Origin: a virus
Taxonomy: Duplodnaviria; Caudoviricetes
Length of the DNA: 64,000 bases
IMG/VR virus record: IMGVR_UViG_2636415525_000002
Location: 33,425-97,424 of that record
Direction: 5' to 3' (one strand)
This document shows, piece after piece, positions 9,491-18,985 of this stretch (its first letter is position 1; each line of letters starts with the position of its first letter). The notes beneath the pieces are model-generated. The model worked only from the letters and a program-made list of their open reading frames with translations. It was not told where the DNA came from and searched no databases. The position numbers and the translations under genes are program-made.

Positions 9491-10594
9491 ATGCACCGAA
9501 TTTCACGCGATCTCTCATCCCTGATGCACCGGAATAATTTCGATTTCCTGCGGCTGTTCGCAGCGCTTCTAGTTGTTGTCGGGCATGCCTATGGAATCAT
9601 GGCGCGCGAACAGCCGACATTGCTCGGTCCGCAAATTTCGGTGCTCGGGCTGATTATCTTTTTCTCGATCAGCGGCTACCTTGTAACGCGTAGTTGGGCC
9701 AACGACCCGTCGCTTGGCCGGTTTCTTATAAAGCGTGCGCTCCGGATTTTTCCGGGGCTGATCGTTGCAATCTCGGTGACGACCTTCATCATTGGACCGA
9801 TCGCATCGGGCCTGCCGTTGATGTCATATCTGACATCCAGCGACACCTATGCCTACCTCCTGAACGGCGTCCTCCGTTATACCTACGGACTGCCCGGCCT
9901 ATTCATTGGCAACCCGATCTCAGGGGCAGCAAACATCTCGCTCTGGAGCCTTCCAGTCGAATTCTCTCTCTACCTGGCAACCCCTCTCGTAGCCGTGCTT
10001 GCGATGCGTCGTCACGCATTGGCACTCGCGCTACTGACGGCTACTCTCGCGCTTTCCTCCATCTACCTCGCGTATTACTACCGGGGACAGCATCCGGTTT
10101 TCTACGGAACGGATCTGATCGCCGCCTCGGGAATGGCCTTCTTCTTTACCTCAGGTGCATTTTTCGCGGCATCTCGGAGCAAATTCTATCTACCGATTGC
10201 GTGCCTCCTATTCGCTGGCTGGCTCATTGAACCGCGATATTTCGAAGGCATTTTGCGATTCCCTGTCGCGATGCTTGTCGCATTCGCAATACCCTACGTT
10301 GTCTTGACTATTGGAATGCGATCGTGGCCAATAATTCGGCGTGCTGGTAGATTCGGTGACGTATCGTATGGCATCTATCTCTATGCCTTTCCAGTCCAAC
10401 AAATCATTGCGCAGCATCTCGCGGGGAAGATCCCTGTAGGCCTTTCGATCGTTCTGTCGCTGGTAGTCGTCATTCCGATCGCCTTCGCCTCCTGGCATCT
10501 CGTCGAGAAACGAGCCATGAAGGCGAAGGGAAGGGAGATCAGTCGGCAACCGGCGAGGACATCCCCTGTTGAGCCAAATGAGGCAGTGCGTTGA
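9491..10594 (+). CDS. Acyltransferase-3 (OafA-like) membrane O-acyltransferase
   Basis: NNFDFLRLFAALLVVVGH, FFSISGYLV, RALRIFP, SLWSLPVEF, SYGIYLYAFP, SWHLVEK; multi-TM. Confidence 0.92.
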   Translation: MHRISRDLSSLMHRNNFDFLRLFAALLVVVGHAYGIMAREQPTLLGPQISVLGLIIFFSISGYLVTRSWANDPSLGRFLIKRALRIFPGLIVAISVTTFIIGPIASGLPLMSYLTSSDTYAYLLNGVLRYTYGLPGLFIGNPISGAANISLWSLPVEFSLYLATPLVAVLAMRRHALALALLTATLALSSIYLAYYYRGQHPVFYGTDLIAASGMAFFFTSGAFFAASRSKFYLPIACLLFAGWLIEPRYFEGILRFPVAMLVAFAIPYVVLTIGMRSWPIIRRAGRFGDVSYGIYLYAFPVQQIIAQHLAGKIPVGLSIVLSLVVVIPIAFASWHLVEKRAMKAKGREISRQPARTSPVEPNEAVR

Positions 10595-10721
10595 AGAACG
10601 CTGCAAAACGAGGATCGGTGAGATCGACCTGCCCTTGATGGGGGAAAGTCTCGCTGTCTTGCTCGTTTGCAAATACAGCGATGATGATCTTCTCGTCTGC
10701 GTCAGAAAACTGTACGAACAT
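10539..10721 (-). CDS. Small tail-fibre-associated protein
   Basis: 60 aa directly downstream of tail fibre; GAGGAG RBS. Confidence 0.6.
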   Translation of the reverse strand: MFVQFSDADEKIIIAVFANEQDSETFPHQGQVDLTDPRFAAFFNALPHLAQQGMSSPVAD

Positions 10722-10730
10722 GTCAGCTCC

Positions 10731-12152
10731 TCAAAATTCGTAGCTAGCGACGCCCATCGTGAACGTCGGCGTCCCCGCCGATGATGTCGCCGTGTAATAG
10801 AGCGTCTGCGATACAGTGATCGGCAGATCCTTGTAGTTCGTCGAGATGCCGCCCGACGCGCTCACGCTATTGTTCAATCCCTGAATGCCGACACCCGTCG
10901 ATGCCGCATAGACGATGATCGACGAGTTCGGCGTCGACGACGTCGACGACACGGACATCGTTCCAGAAACCTTGCGTGCGTTCGGCGGCACGGCGCCCGA
11001 GATCGACAATGCTGTCGGCGATGCCTGCGTGGTGCTCGTCGTCAGCACCGTGACGGACGGGATCGAGATGGCCCGATCGACCTGCGCGCCCACGATGAAC
11101 TGGCCGCTCCCGTTCGTCGGCCACACGCTCACGAGCGCCGACGCCGTGTAGCCACTCGGCATGTTGGCGCCACCGTAGACGTTCGGCTGCACCGCGCTCG
11201 TTGCGTTCCTCGCGAGCAGTGCGCTTGCTCCGGTCGTAGGGTTGTAGATCGCGTAGAGCGCAACGTAGCCGCTCACCGGCGCGCTGCCCGTGTCCATGCC
11301 GCCCGCGCCGGTCGTCGCGAGGTTGATCGTCTTGCTGAAACTGGCGAGCCGGTAGAAGCCGCCACCGAGCGCGGTTTCGACGACGATCTCATCAGCAGTG
11401 AAGGTCGCTGACGCGCTCGCTGCCGACACGTTCATGCTGGCGTTGCGCATGGCTCCGACGACGCCGCCGGATGTCCGCTGCGCGGTACTTGCAAATGGCA
11501 ATTGAGCGCTTCCGCCAGTCGCAACCCATTGGCTCGGCGAAATCGCGACCAAGAGAAGGTTATCGCCCGGCCCGACAACGACACTAGTGGCATTGCCTCC
11601 GCAAAGAATTGAATCTGAGCCTGCCCGAGTCACCGTGACCGAAGTGTTGCCGGCATTGGAATTGTTGAACAAGAACGATCCGCCAGCAGGCATTGCAGAG
11701 CACGATGGAAGCGTGAAAGTCGACGCGGAACTTCCCCAAAAATTGATGACTGAGCCAGATTGCGAAGCCGTGAGAGTCTGACTCGACGTGTATGCATAGA
11801 ATGCTTGGAAATTGCCAAGCGACCGCTGCGCGAATGCCGTCGTCGCGAGCTTCGTGCTGTTGTCGAACTGGGCGGCCGTGATGCCAGCCGCATTGATCGC
11901 CGCTTGAAGATTCGCCAGCAGCGTCGCGGTCGTGCCGTCGTCGATGGCGTTCTGGCCGGAAAAGTTGGCAGTGAACTGCCCGAGCACCGCCGCCATGATC
12001 GAGCTTTGGCGCCACACCTTGTTGAGTTGCGCCGACAATGCAGTGCCGGACTGAAATCCCGCCAGGCGCGCAGTGAGCGCCGCGTACGTCGCCTGGTCGA
12101 TAACGTTCGGGGAACTGCCGCCGCCGAATACGAGAAAGTCGCTGGTTGCCAT
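10731..12152 (-). CDS. Tail fibre protein
   Basis: N-terminal ...GFQSGTALSAQLNKVWRQSS; FDNSTKLATTAF motif; S/T/A/G-rich; follows baseplate genes. Confidence 0.85.
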   Translation of the reverse strand: MATSDFLVFGGGSSPNVIDQATYAALTARLAGFQSGTALSAQLNKVWRQSSIMAAVLGQFTANFSGQNAIDDGTTATLLANLQAAINAAGITAAQFDNSTKLATTAFAQRSLGNFQAFYAYTSSQTLTASQSGSVINFWGSSASTFTLPSCSAMPAGGSFLFNNSNAGNTSVTVTRAGSDSILCGGNATSVVVGPGDNLLLVAISPSQWVATGGSAQLPFASTAQRTSGGVVGAMRNASMNVSAASASATFTADEIVVETALGGGFYRLASFSKTINLATTGAGGMDTGSAPVSGYVALYAIYNPTTGASALLARNATSAVQPNVYGGANMPSGYTASALVSVWPTNGSGQFIVGAQVDRAISIPSVTVLTTSTTQASPTALSISGAVPPNARKVSGTMSVSSTSSTPNSSIIVYAASTGVGIQGLNNSVSASGGISTNYKDLPITVSQTLYYTATSSAGTPTFTMGVASYEF

Positions 12153-12173
12153 CAATGCTCCGAGCAAAAAAAA

Positions 12174-13478
12174 GGTTCATCGCAGAAAACCGTGGAGCCT
12201 TGGAGAACGATTGCGTAACCTGACGCCTGATTTTATGGATGTCAGGAGGCGGAATTGCTCGATCGCAAGGCACTTCAGGCACTAGGTTGCTGGACAGGCT
12301 ATCGGCTGGAGCGGGTGGAGTGGCCGCAGGGCGATAGCCGCACGCTGTCGCTCTACCTGAAGCCGGTCAGTCGGATCATGTACTGCGAGCAATGCGGTGC
12401 GCGTTGCCAGCAGATTCATGAAACGACCGTACGGCGGGTACGTGATCTGCCGTTGTTCGAGTACCGGGTGGTGCTGCACGTGCCTCGACGCCGAGTCTGG
12501 TGCGAACGCTGCGGCGCAGCGCGGCTGGAGAAGCTGGACTGGCTGGGCCGCTACCAGCGGGTGACGGAGCGGTTTGCCCAGGCCTGCGAGAAGTTGCTGC
12601 AGGCCGCCAGCGTACAGGCCGTGGCGGCCTTCTACGATCTGGGCTGGCACACGGTCAAATCGATCGACAAGATGCGCTTGCGCGCGCGCGTGGCCGAACC
12701 GGACTGGTCGACGATCCGTTATCTGGCGATGGACGAGTTCGCGCTCCATAAAGGCCATCGCTACGCCACGGTGGTGGTTGATCCGATCGGCCGGCAGGTC
12801 CTCTGGGTTGGGCCCGGACGGTCACGCGAGACGGCGCGCGCCTTCTTCGAACAACTCCCCGAAGGCGTGGCCGAGCGCATCGAAGCGGTCGCAATCGACA
12901 TGACCACGGCCTATGAGCTGGAGATCAAGGAACAGTGCCCGCAGGCGGAAATCGTCTTTGACCTGTACCACGTCGTGGCCAAGTACGGTCGCGAGGTGAT
13001 CGATCGGGTACGGGTGGATCAGGCCAACCAACTGCGACATGACAAGCCGGCCCGCAAGGTTCTGAAGTCCAGTCGCTGGTTGCTGCTGCGCAACCGTCAT
13101 AACCTGAAGCCAGAACAGGCCGTGCATCTGAAGGAACTGCTGGCGGCCAATCAGTCGCTGTTATGCGTCTATGTGCTGCGCGACGAGCTCAAACGGCTCT
13201 GGTTCTACCGCAAGCCGGCCTGCGCGGAAAAGGCTTGGGGGCAATGGTTCGAACAGGCTCAGCAAAGCGGGATCGCCGCCTTGCAAAAGTTCGCCCAGCG
13301 CTTGCAGGGTTACTGGCACGGAATCGTGGCCCGCTGCCGCCATCCGCTCAATACCAGCGTCGTCGAAGGCATCAACAACACGATCAAGGTCATCAAGCGC
13401 CGAGCTTACGGGTACCGCGACGAGCAATACTTCTTCCTCAAGATCCGCGCCGCGTTCCCCGGGATTCCGCGATGAACC
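12174..13478 (+). mobile_element. ISL3-family insertion sequence
   Basis: Inverted repeats GGTTCATCGC.../...GCGATGAACC; 8-bp A8 target duplication at 12166-12173 and 13479-13486. Confidence 0.95.
12255..13475 (+). CDS. ISL3 transposase
   Basis: CEQC/CERC zinc finger; LAMDEF, AIDM, FDLYH, EGINNTIKVIKRRAYGYR. Confidence 0.96.
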   Translation: MLDRKALQALGCWTGYRLERVEWPQGDSRTLSLYLKPVSRIMYCEQCGARCQQIHETTVRRVRDLPLFEYRVVLHVPRRRVWCERCGAARLEKLDWLGRYQRVTERFAQACEKLLQAASVQAVAAFYDLGWHTVKSIDKMRLRARVAEPDWSTIRYLAMDEFALHKGHRYATVVVDPIGRQVLWVGPGRSRETARAFFEQLPEGVAERIEAVAIDMTTAYELEIKEQCPQAEIVFDLYHVVAKYGREVIDRVRVDQANQLRHDKPARKVLKSSRWLLLRNRHNLKPEQAVHLKELLAANQSLLCVYVLRDELKRLWFYRKPACAEKAWGQWFEQAQQSGIAALQKFAQRLQGYWHGIVARCRHPLNTSVVEGINNTIKVIKRRAYGYRDEQYFFLKIRAAFPGIPR

Positions 13479-13504
13479 AAAAAAAAGCCGCCCGAAGGCG
13501 GCTT
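13479..13504 (-). terminator. Intrinsic terminator whose T-tract is the ISL3 target
   Basis: Minus strand AAGCCGCC-TTCG-GGCGGCTT followed by T-run. Confidence 0.7.
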
Positions 13505-13524
13505 GCAGACAATTCAGTTGGGCG

Positions 13525-14187
13525 TTAAACGGGACGGCTCCAGGCTCCGGCGTCGAACCCGGCCACGAGCTCATTGCTCATGTCGAATCCGAAGAGCGGC
13601 GATCCGTCAACAGTCGTCACGATCGTGTAATTGATCCGAACACCTTCGGGTTTCAGGGGGATGTATCCGCCGGAAAGCAGTGCGAGGAACGTCGCCGGCG
13701 GGACCTTCCCGGCGATGCCGATCGTCATCGACATGTCCTGGTGGTCCTCGATGAACACTTGCGTGTCGGCGTCGAAGATGCTGTTCAGGATTGCGGCGGA
13801 CTGCTCGAGCGTCCCGTCCCAGTGGTTCGCGCCGATCTTCGCGCGGATGACCAGACGGTACGTGTCGTCATCGAGCACCGTCAGGCCCGTGTCCGGATCG
13901 AACGGACCCTTCCAGATCCCCTGATCGAAGCCGAGCCCGGCGATGTCGAACGAAAAGTAGATGCCGGTCAGCGGCGTCCGGATTCGCCGCGACACGCCCA
14001 CCCACAACCCGACCGTATCGAGCTGATCGCCAACGGCGACGTCTAGGTCGAACTTGCCGGGCATGCTCGCGAGTAAATTCATCTGGTCGACGAGCGGTTG
14101 CACGAGCACGCCGAGGGTCGACATGAACCTCGGTTTGTCGCTGTGCTCGGACGTGATCAGCGCGGTGTAATCGTTCAGGTCGGCCAT
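13525..14187 (-). CDS. Baseplate protein (DUF2612-like)
   Basis: FDLDVAVGDQLDTVGLWVGVSR, LDDDTYRLVIRAKI. Confidence 0.85.
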   Translation of the reverse strand: MADLNDYTALITSEHSDKPRFMSTLGVLVQPLVDQMNLLASMPGKFDLDVAVGDQLDTVGLWVGVSRRIRTPLTGIYFSFDIAGLGFDQGIWKGPFDPDTGLTVLDDDTYRLVIRAKIGANHWDGTLEQSAAILNSIFDADTQVFIEDHQDMSMTIGIAGKVPPATFLALLSGGYIPLKPEGVRINYTIVTTVDGSPLFGFDMSNELVAGFDAGAWSRPV

Positions 14188-15368
14188 CAGGTCACCACCA
14201 GCGTCACATTCGCGGGCGTGCACGACGCCGCCTCGTTGAACAGCAACGCGACGTCCGGCGCGCCGGCGCCGCGCGGCCCGCTCAGCGCCAGCCCGGACAG
14301 CTTGAAGGTCACACCGCCGCCGACGCTGTTCGCCGCGGTCAGCGCATCGCCCCACTCCACGCTGCCTGACAGGCCGCCTCCGATCTGGACGCCGTTGACG
14401 TAATCGGAGACCGCCTGCTGGATCTGCTGGCCGGTCTGTGTTGTGTAGCCAGCGAGCGCCTTGAGCGTGACCATGGCCGTGATTGGCGCGGCCGTCGGGC
14501 GGAAGAAACGAATCGTGATCGGGCGTCCGTAGATGTCCGTGACAACAATCGCCGTCGTGCCGTACGTGCCGGCCCCTGGCGTCTTCTTCGATGCGATCGC
14601 GTTGGCGATCGCCGTCGCGTCACCGCCCTCGACCACGAGCGAAATCGAGTGCGACGGGATGCCATTCGCGTCCGTCGCGCTCGTGTCGTTCTCGTACGCG
14701 ACGTAGCGCGTGACGCCAGCGACATTCGCCACCGCGCCGATGATCCCGTCGAGCACCGTCAGCGATGGGAGCGCCGTCGACACGGTTTGGCGCTGGCGCA
14801 AGGCTGCGTCCGATTCGACCGGCGCACCCGCGGCCGCATCCGCCGGGTTCGTCACCGTCTGCCAGCCGAACGCCGGTGTCGCAATCTGGTTGATCGTGCC
14901 GGCGCGCGCAGCGACAGCGCCGATCGTCGCGCACGTCGCGGTGACGGTGATCGTCCCGCTCGGCGGGATCGTCACGGTCGCCGGCAGCAGCCATTTCACG
15001 CCGTTGCCGTCCTTCGCCGCGCCGTTCGTGATCGTCGCGCCGGCCTGGCCGACGAGCACCAGGTCCGCGCTCGAGTACGACGCGACCTTGCGCGCGATGT
15101 CGTTGATCTTCACGTTGCTCGACAGCGCCGCGCCCTGCGCTGTCGCGGGGCTGAACGACTGGTAGATGGCGATCGCGACCGAGTTCACGTCGCTGATCGC
15201 CTTGGCGAACACGCCGAGCAGCTGACCGTCCTGGCTGTCGGGCTCCAGATACGTATCCGCGCCGTAGATTGCCCGGAACTGGTCCTGCAGGAACGAGAAC
15301 ACGTCGGCGTACGTCGGCGCCGTGATGCCGTTCGCGTCGATAGTGGGTGCGAGGGTCGTGATCGTCAC
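14187..15368 (-). CDS. Baseplate J-like wedge protein
   Basis: GTG start; ESDAALRQR, YENDT, PSHSISLVVEGG. Confidence 0.88.
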   Translation of the reverse strand: MTITTLAPTIDANGITAPTYADVFSFLQDQFRAIYGADTYLEPDSQDGQLLGVFAKAISDVNSVAIAIYQSFSPATAQGAALSSNVKINDIARKVASYSSADLVLVGQAGATITNGAAKDGNGVKWLLPATVTIPPSGTITVTATCATIGAVAARAGTINQIATPAFGWQTVTNPADAAAGAPVESDAALRQRQTVSTALPSLTVLDGIIGAVANVAGVTRYVAYENDTSATDANGIPSHSISLVVEGGDATAIANAIASKKTPGAGTYGTTAIVVTDIYGRPITIRFFRPTAAPITAMVTLKALAGYTTQTGQQIQQAVSDYVNGVQIGGGLSGSVEWGDALTAANSVGGGVTFKLSGLALSGPRGAGAPDVALLFNEAASCTPANVTLVVT

Positions 15369-15718
15369 AATGTCGCCTGTACCGTGGTGGTGCCGTAGAT
15401 GGTGTTGATCGTCGCGGTGACCGTCAGCACGCGCGTCTCGGGATCGGCCGTGCTCGAGTAGCTCGTCAGCTCGGCCACGCCCTGCGTGCCGAGAATGCAC
15501 GTGCGGATAGCCGCGTCGTACTTTCCGCTCGTGTACTTCCCGAGCACGTCCGTCGCCCACGGCATGCCGGCCGTCGTGTCGAGGAACCATTCGCCGCGCA
15601 ACAGGCGCAGCCGCGTCAGCACGGCCTGCGCGACCGTCTCTGGCGTGTTCACGAGGAAGTCGGCCGCGCCCCCGCCGAAGACGTAGTCGCCGTCAGCGTC
15701 GAGTTTTCGGTATCGCAT
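15365..15718 (-). CDS. Baseplate wedge (gp25/GP46-like) protein
   Basis: VAQAVLTRLRLLRGEWFLDTTAG. Confidence 0.8.
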   Translation of the reverse strand: MRYRKLDADGDYVFGGGAADFLVNTPETVAQAVLTRLRLLRGEWFLDTTAGMPWATDVLGKYTSGKYDAAIRTCILGTQGVAELTSYSSTADPETRVLTVTATINTIYGTTTVQATL

Positions 15719-15730
15719 TCGTACCCCAAA

Positions 15731-15773
15731 AACGTTAGTAACGTTTGACGTTATTAACGCATTGCGTTATCAT
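15731..15773 (+). promoter_or_regulatory. higBA promoter with two inverted-repeat operators
   Basis: TTGACG(15745)-17-TATCAT(15768); palindromes AACGTTagtAACGTT and TAACGCattGCGTTA; ATG 7 nt after the -10 suggests a leaderless mRNA. Confidence 0.75.
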
Positions 15774-15779
15774 CAACCC

Positions 15780-16058
15780 ATGATTACATCGTTCAACTGC
15801 CGAGATACTGAGGCGCTGTTCAATGGCACGCGAGTCGCCCGCTTCGTCAATTTCGAACGCGTCTCGATTCGCAAGCTCCAGCAGTTGCACGCTGCGGCCG
15901 ATCTGGACTTCCTTCGCATCCCGCCGAACAACCGGCTCGAAGCGCTGAAGGGCGACCGACAAGGCCAATTCAGCATCCGCATTAACGACCAGTGGCGTAT
16001 CTGCTTCAAGTTCGCCAATGGACGCGCCTCGGATGTGGAAATCGTCGACTACCACTGA
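15780..16058 (+). CDS. higB: HigB/RelE-family toxin
   Basis: LRIPPNNRLEALKGDRQGQFSIRINDQWRICF...VEIVDYH. Confidence 0.93.
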   Translation: MITSFNCRDTEALFNGTRVARFVNFERVSIRKLQQLHAAADLDFLRIPPNNRLEALKGDRQGQFSIRINDQWRICFKFANGRASDVEIVDYH

Positions 16059-16075
16059 CCAACCCGGAGAAAGTC

Positions 16076-16375
16076 ATGACCCGAGAAGTACCCCTGGCGA
16101 CGCCCGGTGAAATCCTGGCGGAAGACTGGCTGGAGCCGATGGGCATCAGCCAATACGCACTGGCGAAGGCGATCAGCGTCCCGGCTCGCCGCATTAACGA
16201 GATCGTGAAGGGCGACCGTGCCATCACGGCCGACACTGCAGTGCGCCTTGGTGCGTTCTTCGGCGTCGATCCGCAAAGCTGGATGAACCTCCAGACGCAT
16301 TACGACACCGAACTCGCCAAGGAAAAGATCGGCGACGATGTGCTACGCGAAATCCGCGAGCACGCGCACGCTTGA
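16076..16375 (+). CDS. higA: HigA antitoxin (HTH)
   Basis: TPGEILAEDWLEPMGISQYALAKAI...RAITADTAVRL...WMNLQ. Confidence 0.93.
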   Translation: MTREVPLATPGEILAEDWLEPMGISQYALAKAISVPARRINEIVKGDRAITADTAVRLGAFFGVDPQSWMNLQTHYDTELAKEKIGDDVLREIREHAHA

Positions 16376-16395
16376 TCTCCCGTTCCAGAAACGAC

Positions 16396-16421
16396 AAACC
16401 CCGCTTCGAGCGGGGTTTTTT
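16396..16421 (+). terminator. Intrinsic terminator after higA
   Basis: AAACCCCGCT-TCG-AGCGGGGTTT followed by T-run. Confidence 0.8.
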
Positions 16422-16437
16422 ATTCGCGATCTGACAA

Positions 16438-17187
16438 TCAGTTGACCGGCCCCGTGTTGCCGCCCTGCGCATCCGGGTGCGTGTGCGTGTCGTCGACCCG
16501 CTTGCTGTTCGCCGTGATCTGGCCGATCACGTTCAGGATGCCGTTGAATACGGCGGCCGCGCCGCTCGCCGCGCTGCCAACCATGCCGCCAACGAACGTC
16601 AGCAGCCCAGTGATCGTCACCGCGGCCGAGAACGTCGACAGCGGCGCGACCACGTCGAAACCGCCCGGCGCCACGATCTTCACCTTCTGCAGCGCCGGGT
16701 TCAGGTCGATGTACGTTGCGCCGTCGTCGCTGCGCAGTTGCGTCGAGCTGCCGCTGACGCCGGCGAGCGCGCGCGGCCGAGATCGAAAGCCGAGCAGCGC
16801 GAACCCGTCCGACAGGTCGTGCATGCGCAGCTCGGCCTGCTCCTGCACGCCGCCCGACTGCCACCAGGCGTCGATGCAGCGCGACGCGAACACGACGAGG
16901 CACTCGTCGCCGGGCACCACCGGGAACGTCAACGTACAATTTCCGCCAGCAGGAAACTGGACCGGGCAGTCGACCAGCAGCGGCAGCGCGACGCTCTGGA
17001 TCGTGCCGTCGATATCGCGCACCAGCGCCTTGATGGCCGGCTGTACGCTGCACGTCGGCGGTCGGTCGGCTGCGCTTTCGAACGACTGGATAATGCCGGG
17101 CAATGCCGTCCAGACGCCCGCACGCAAGCCGTCGAACGCTTCGCGCAGGGCGACCTCCGGGTCGCCTACCCTTTCACGTCGATCCAT
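16438..17187 (-). CDS. Baseplate central spike (Gp138/gpV-like)
   Basis: TALPGII, GDECLVVFASRCIDAWW, RMHDLSD; C-terminal HTH (His-x-His) iron-binding tip motif. Confidence 0.88.
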   Translation of the reverse strand: MDRRERVGDPEVALREAFDGLRAGVWTALPGIIQSFESAADRPPTCSVQPAIKALVRDIDGTIQSVALPLLVDCPVQFPAGGNCTLTFPVVPGDECLVVFASRCIDAWWQSGGVQEQAELRMHDLSDGFALLGFRSRPRALAGVSGSSTQLRSDDGATYIDLNPALQKVKIVAPGGFDVVAPLSTFSAAVTITGLLTFVGGMVGSAASGAAAVFNGILNVIGQITANSKRVDDTHTHPDAQGGNTGPVN

Positions 17188-17190
17188 GGG

Positions 17191-17568
17191 ATGAAAATGA
17201 AAAAACTGCTGTTGACCGCGGCGCTGCTCGCGCCGCTCGCCGCCGTCGCTGACGACGCCTACGTCTACCCGTTCGCCGGCATGCAGGTCGGCGTGACCGT
17301 CGAGAACGAATTCCCGACCATCCTGTACACGGGGAAAAAGTGCGACCTGCCGCTCGCCAATGCGAAGAACATGCGGCGCTACGAGTCCTACCGCGGCGTT
17401 TGGGATATCGGCTGCTGGGGCGAGACAATCGACGGCGACGCCGTGATCGTCGTGCCGCAGATGCCGACGAATTCGATGCCGCTCAACGTACTCGCGCGCG
17501 CCGACGTGAAGCGCAACGGCGACAACACGACGATGACCATCAAGGCGCTTCCGACGTACGGCCGCTAA
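17191..17568 (+). CDS. Secreted moron protein
   Basis: Signal peptide MKMKKLLLTAALLAPLAAVA; two Cys; opposite strand within tail operon. Confidence 0.7.
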   Translation: MKMKKLLLTAALLAPLAAVADDAYVYPFAGMQVGVTVENEFPTILYTGKKCDLPLANAKNMRRYESYRGVWDIGCWGETIDGDAVIVVPQMPTNSMPLNVLARADVKRNGDNTTMTIKALPTYGR

Positions 17569-18533
17569 CCGAACCGCTTGATAACGTCGGCAGACGGCAC
17601 CGCCGCCTTGTCCCTGAACGAATCTGGCAGCACCGTCACGTCGGCCGCCAAGCAGGTCACGCTTGTGTACCACTCTTCGCCGCGCGTATCGCCGCTTACC
17701 TCCGCGAGCATCACGTAGTAGAAGCCGTCGTCCTGCAGCTTCGCCTGCATCTCGATCCGCTCGTTCTCGGCCTGCTGGCCGACGTTCAGGCTGTACTCGT
17801 ACTGCTGGATGCTCGCGTTGTCGAGCCAGATCAGCCGGCCGATCTTCACGCTCGGGTTCAGCAGCATCTTCACCTCTATGCCGTTTGCCGTCTGCTGCGG
17901 CAGTCCGACCATGCCGGTCTCCGACGTGATCTTCGGGATCTCGCCGGGTATGTACGCCGTCTCCGGCACCAGCACAACCTTGCCGTCCTGGATGCTCCAG
18001 ACCGTCTGCGTGGTTCGTGCGGTCCATCGCATAAAGTCCCGCGCCATGCCGAACATCACCTTGCCTCGCGGCAACGGATTCGACGGCAGTTCGGGCAAAT
18101 ATCCCTGCTGCACGCCATACGGATTCATCGCAGTGCATGCCGCCGCTACGTGATCGACGGCCGTCGATCCGGCCGCGAGCGTCGTGTTTACCACAGCGAA
18201 GTTGTACGCGGAGTCGCCATCCGCCGCCGTAATGTCGAGGAACGTGTCAGTCTGGGTCTCGCGCCCGCGGCGCACCTGCTTGATCGACCCGTCGAAGATG
18301 ATCCCGTAGTTCCCCTCGTACCCGGCTTGCAGCACGACTCGCGCGAACTCCTTCTGCGCGCGGCGCGCCGTCGTCGCGGAGACGTTGTACACCCGGATAC
18401 GCGCCGAGTTCGGCGTCTGGAGATCGCCACGCTGCACGCGGAACACGATCCGGAGCTCGGAAAGGTCGAGCGCCTCGCCGCTGTCGAAACCGATGATCAG
18501 CGACACCTTGCGGCCGAACTGCAATACGCTCAT
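17565..18533 (-). CDS. Baseplate hub protein
   Basis: RIRVYNVS, LQAGYEGNYGIIFDG, TGMVGLP; position upstream of the spike. Confidence 0.82.
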   Translation of the reverse strand: MSVLQFGRKVSLIIGFDSGEALDLSELRIVFRVQRGDLQTPNSARIRVYNVSATTARRAQKEFARVVLQAGYEGNYGIIFDGSIKQVRRGRETQTDTFLDITAADGDSAYNFAVVNTTLAAGSTAVDHVAAACTAMNPYGVQQGYLPELPSNPLPRGKVMFGMARDFMRWTARTTQTVWSIQDGKVVLVPETAYIPGEIPKITSETGMVGLPQQTANGIEVKMLLNPSVKIGRLIWLDNASIQQYEYSLNVGQQAENERIEMQAKLQDDGFYYVMLAEVSGDTRGEEWYTSVTCLAADVTVLPDSFRDKAAVPSADVIKRFG

Positions 18534-18547
18534 TGTCAGGAACCAAT

Positions 18548-18571
18548 AAAAAACCCCGCCGGGGCGGGGTT
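18548..18571 (-). terminator. Intrinsic terminator after HEPN gene
   Basis: Minus strand AACCCCGCC...GGCGGGGTT followed by T-run. Confidence 0.65.
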
Positions 18572-18574
18572 CGA

Positions 18575-18985
18575 TCAATCACTTTGATTGTTGCAATATC
18601 TCTGACTGGCGACGCTGGTGAACTGCACGATTTTGTCTGCCATCGCGATGCATGCACTGGCGTCAACATCCCAATCGGTATCAACCTTGTAGTCCGCTTG
18701 GACCCGCAATCGCTTCAACTTCGAGATCAACCTTGCTGCCTGCTGAGCCTCCGTCCGCCCAGGCACCAACTGACGGCCCCACCGTTCCATCGCGTCGATG
18801 ATCGCCCTATGACTGCTTGCATCGACGAACTCTTCAGCCTTCGGAGCAAAGTCTTTCGGCACGCACTCATTGCAGTTGTGAAGTGCTCCGTAATATGCAC
18901 GTGAGACCGCACTCCTCATCGCTGCCTCGGAGTTCTGAGACATCGCAAGCGATCTAGCAACCTCGATGAATTCAAGCGGAGACAT
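18575..18985 (-). CDS. HEPN-domain protein (UPF0332-like)
   Basis: RSAVSRAYYGALH, SHRAII, LKRLRVQADY. Confidence 0.8.
   Translation of the reverse strand: MSPLEFIEVARSLAMSQNSEAAMRSAVSRAYYGALHNCNECVPKDFAPKAEEFVDASSHRAIIDAMERWGRQLVPGRTEAQQAARLISKLKRLRVQADYKVDTDWDVDASACIAMADKIVQFTSVASQRYCNNQSD

Noticed and set aside
10731-12152. Tail fibre as DGR target
   Set aside because: No TR-like segment or GC14 tract seen at its 3' end; the C-terminus lacks the SGWAW...RARAVRR motif.
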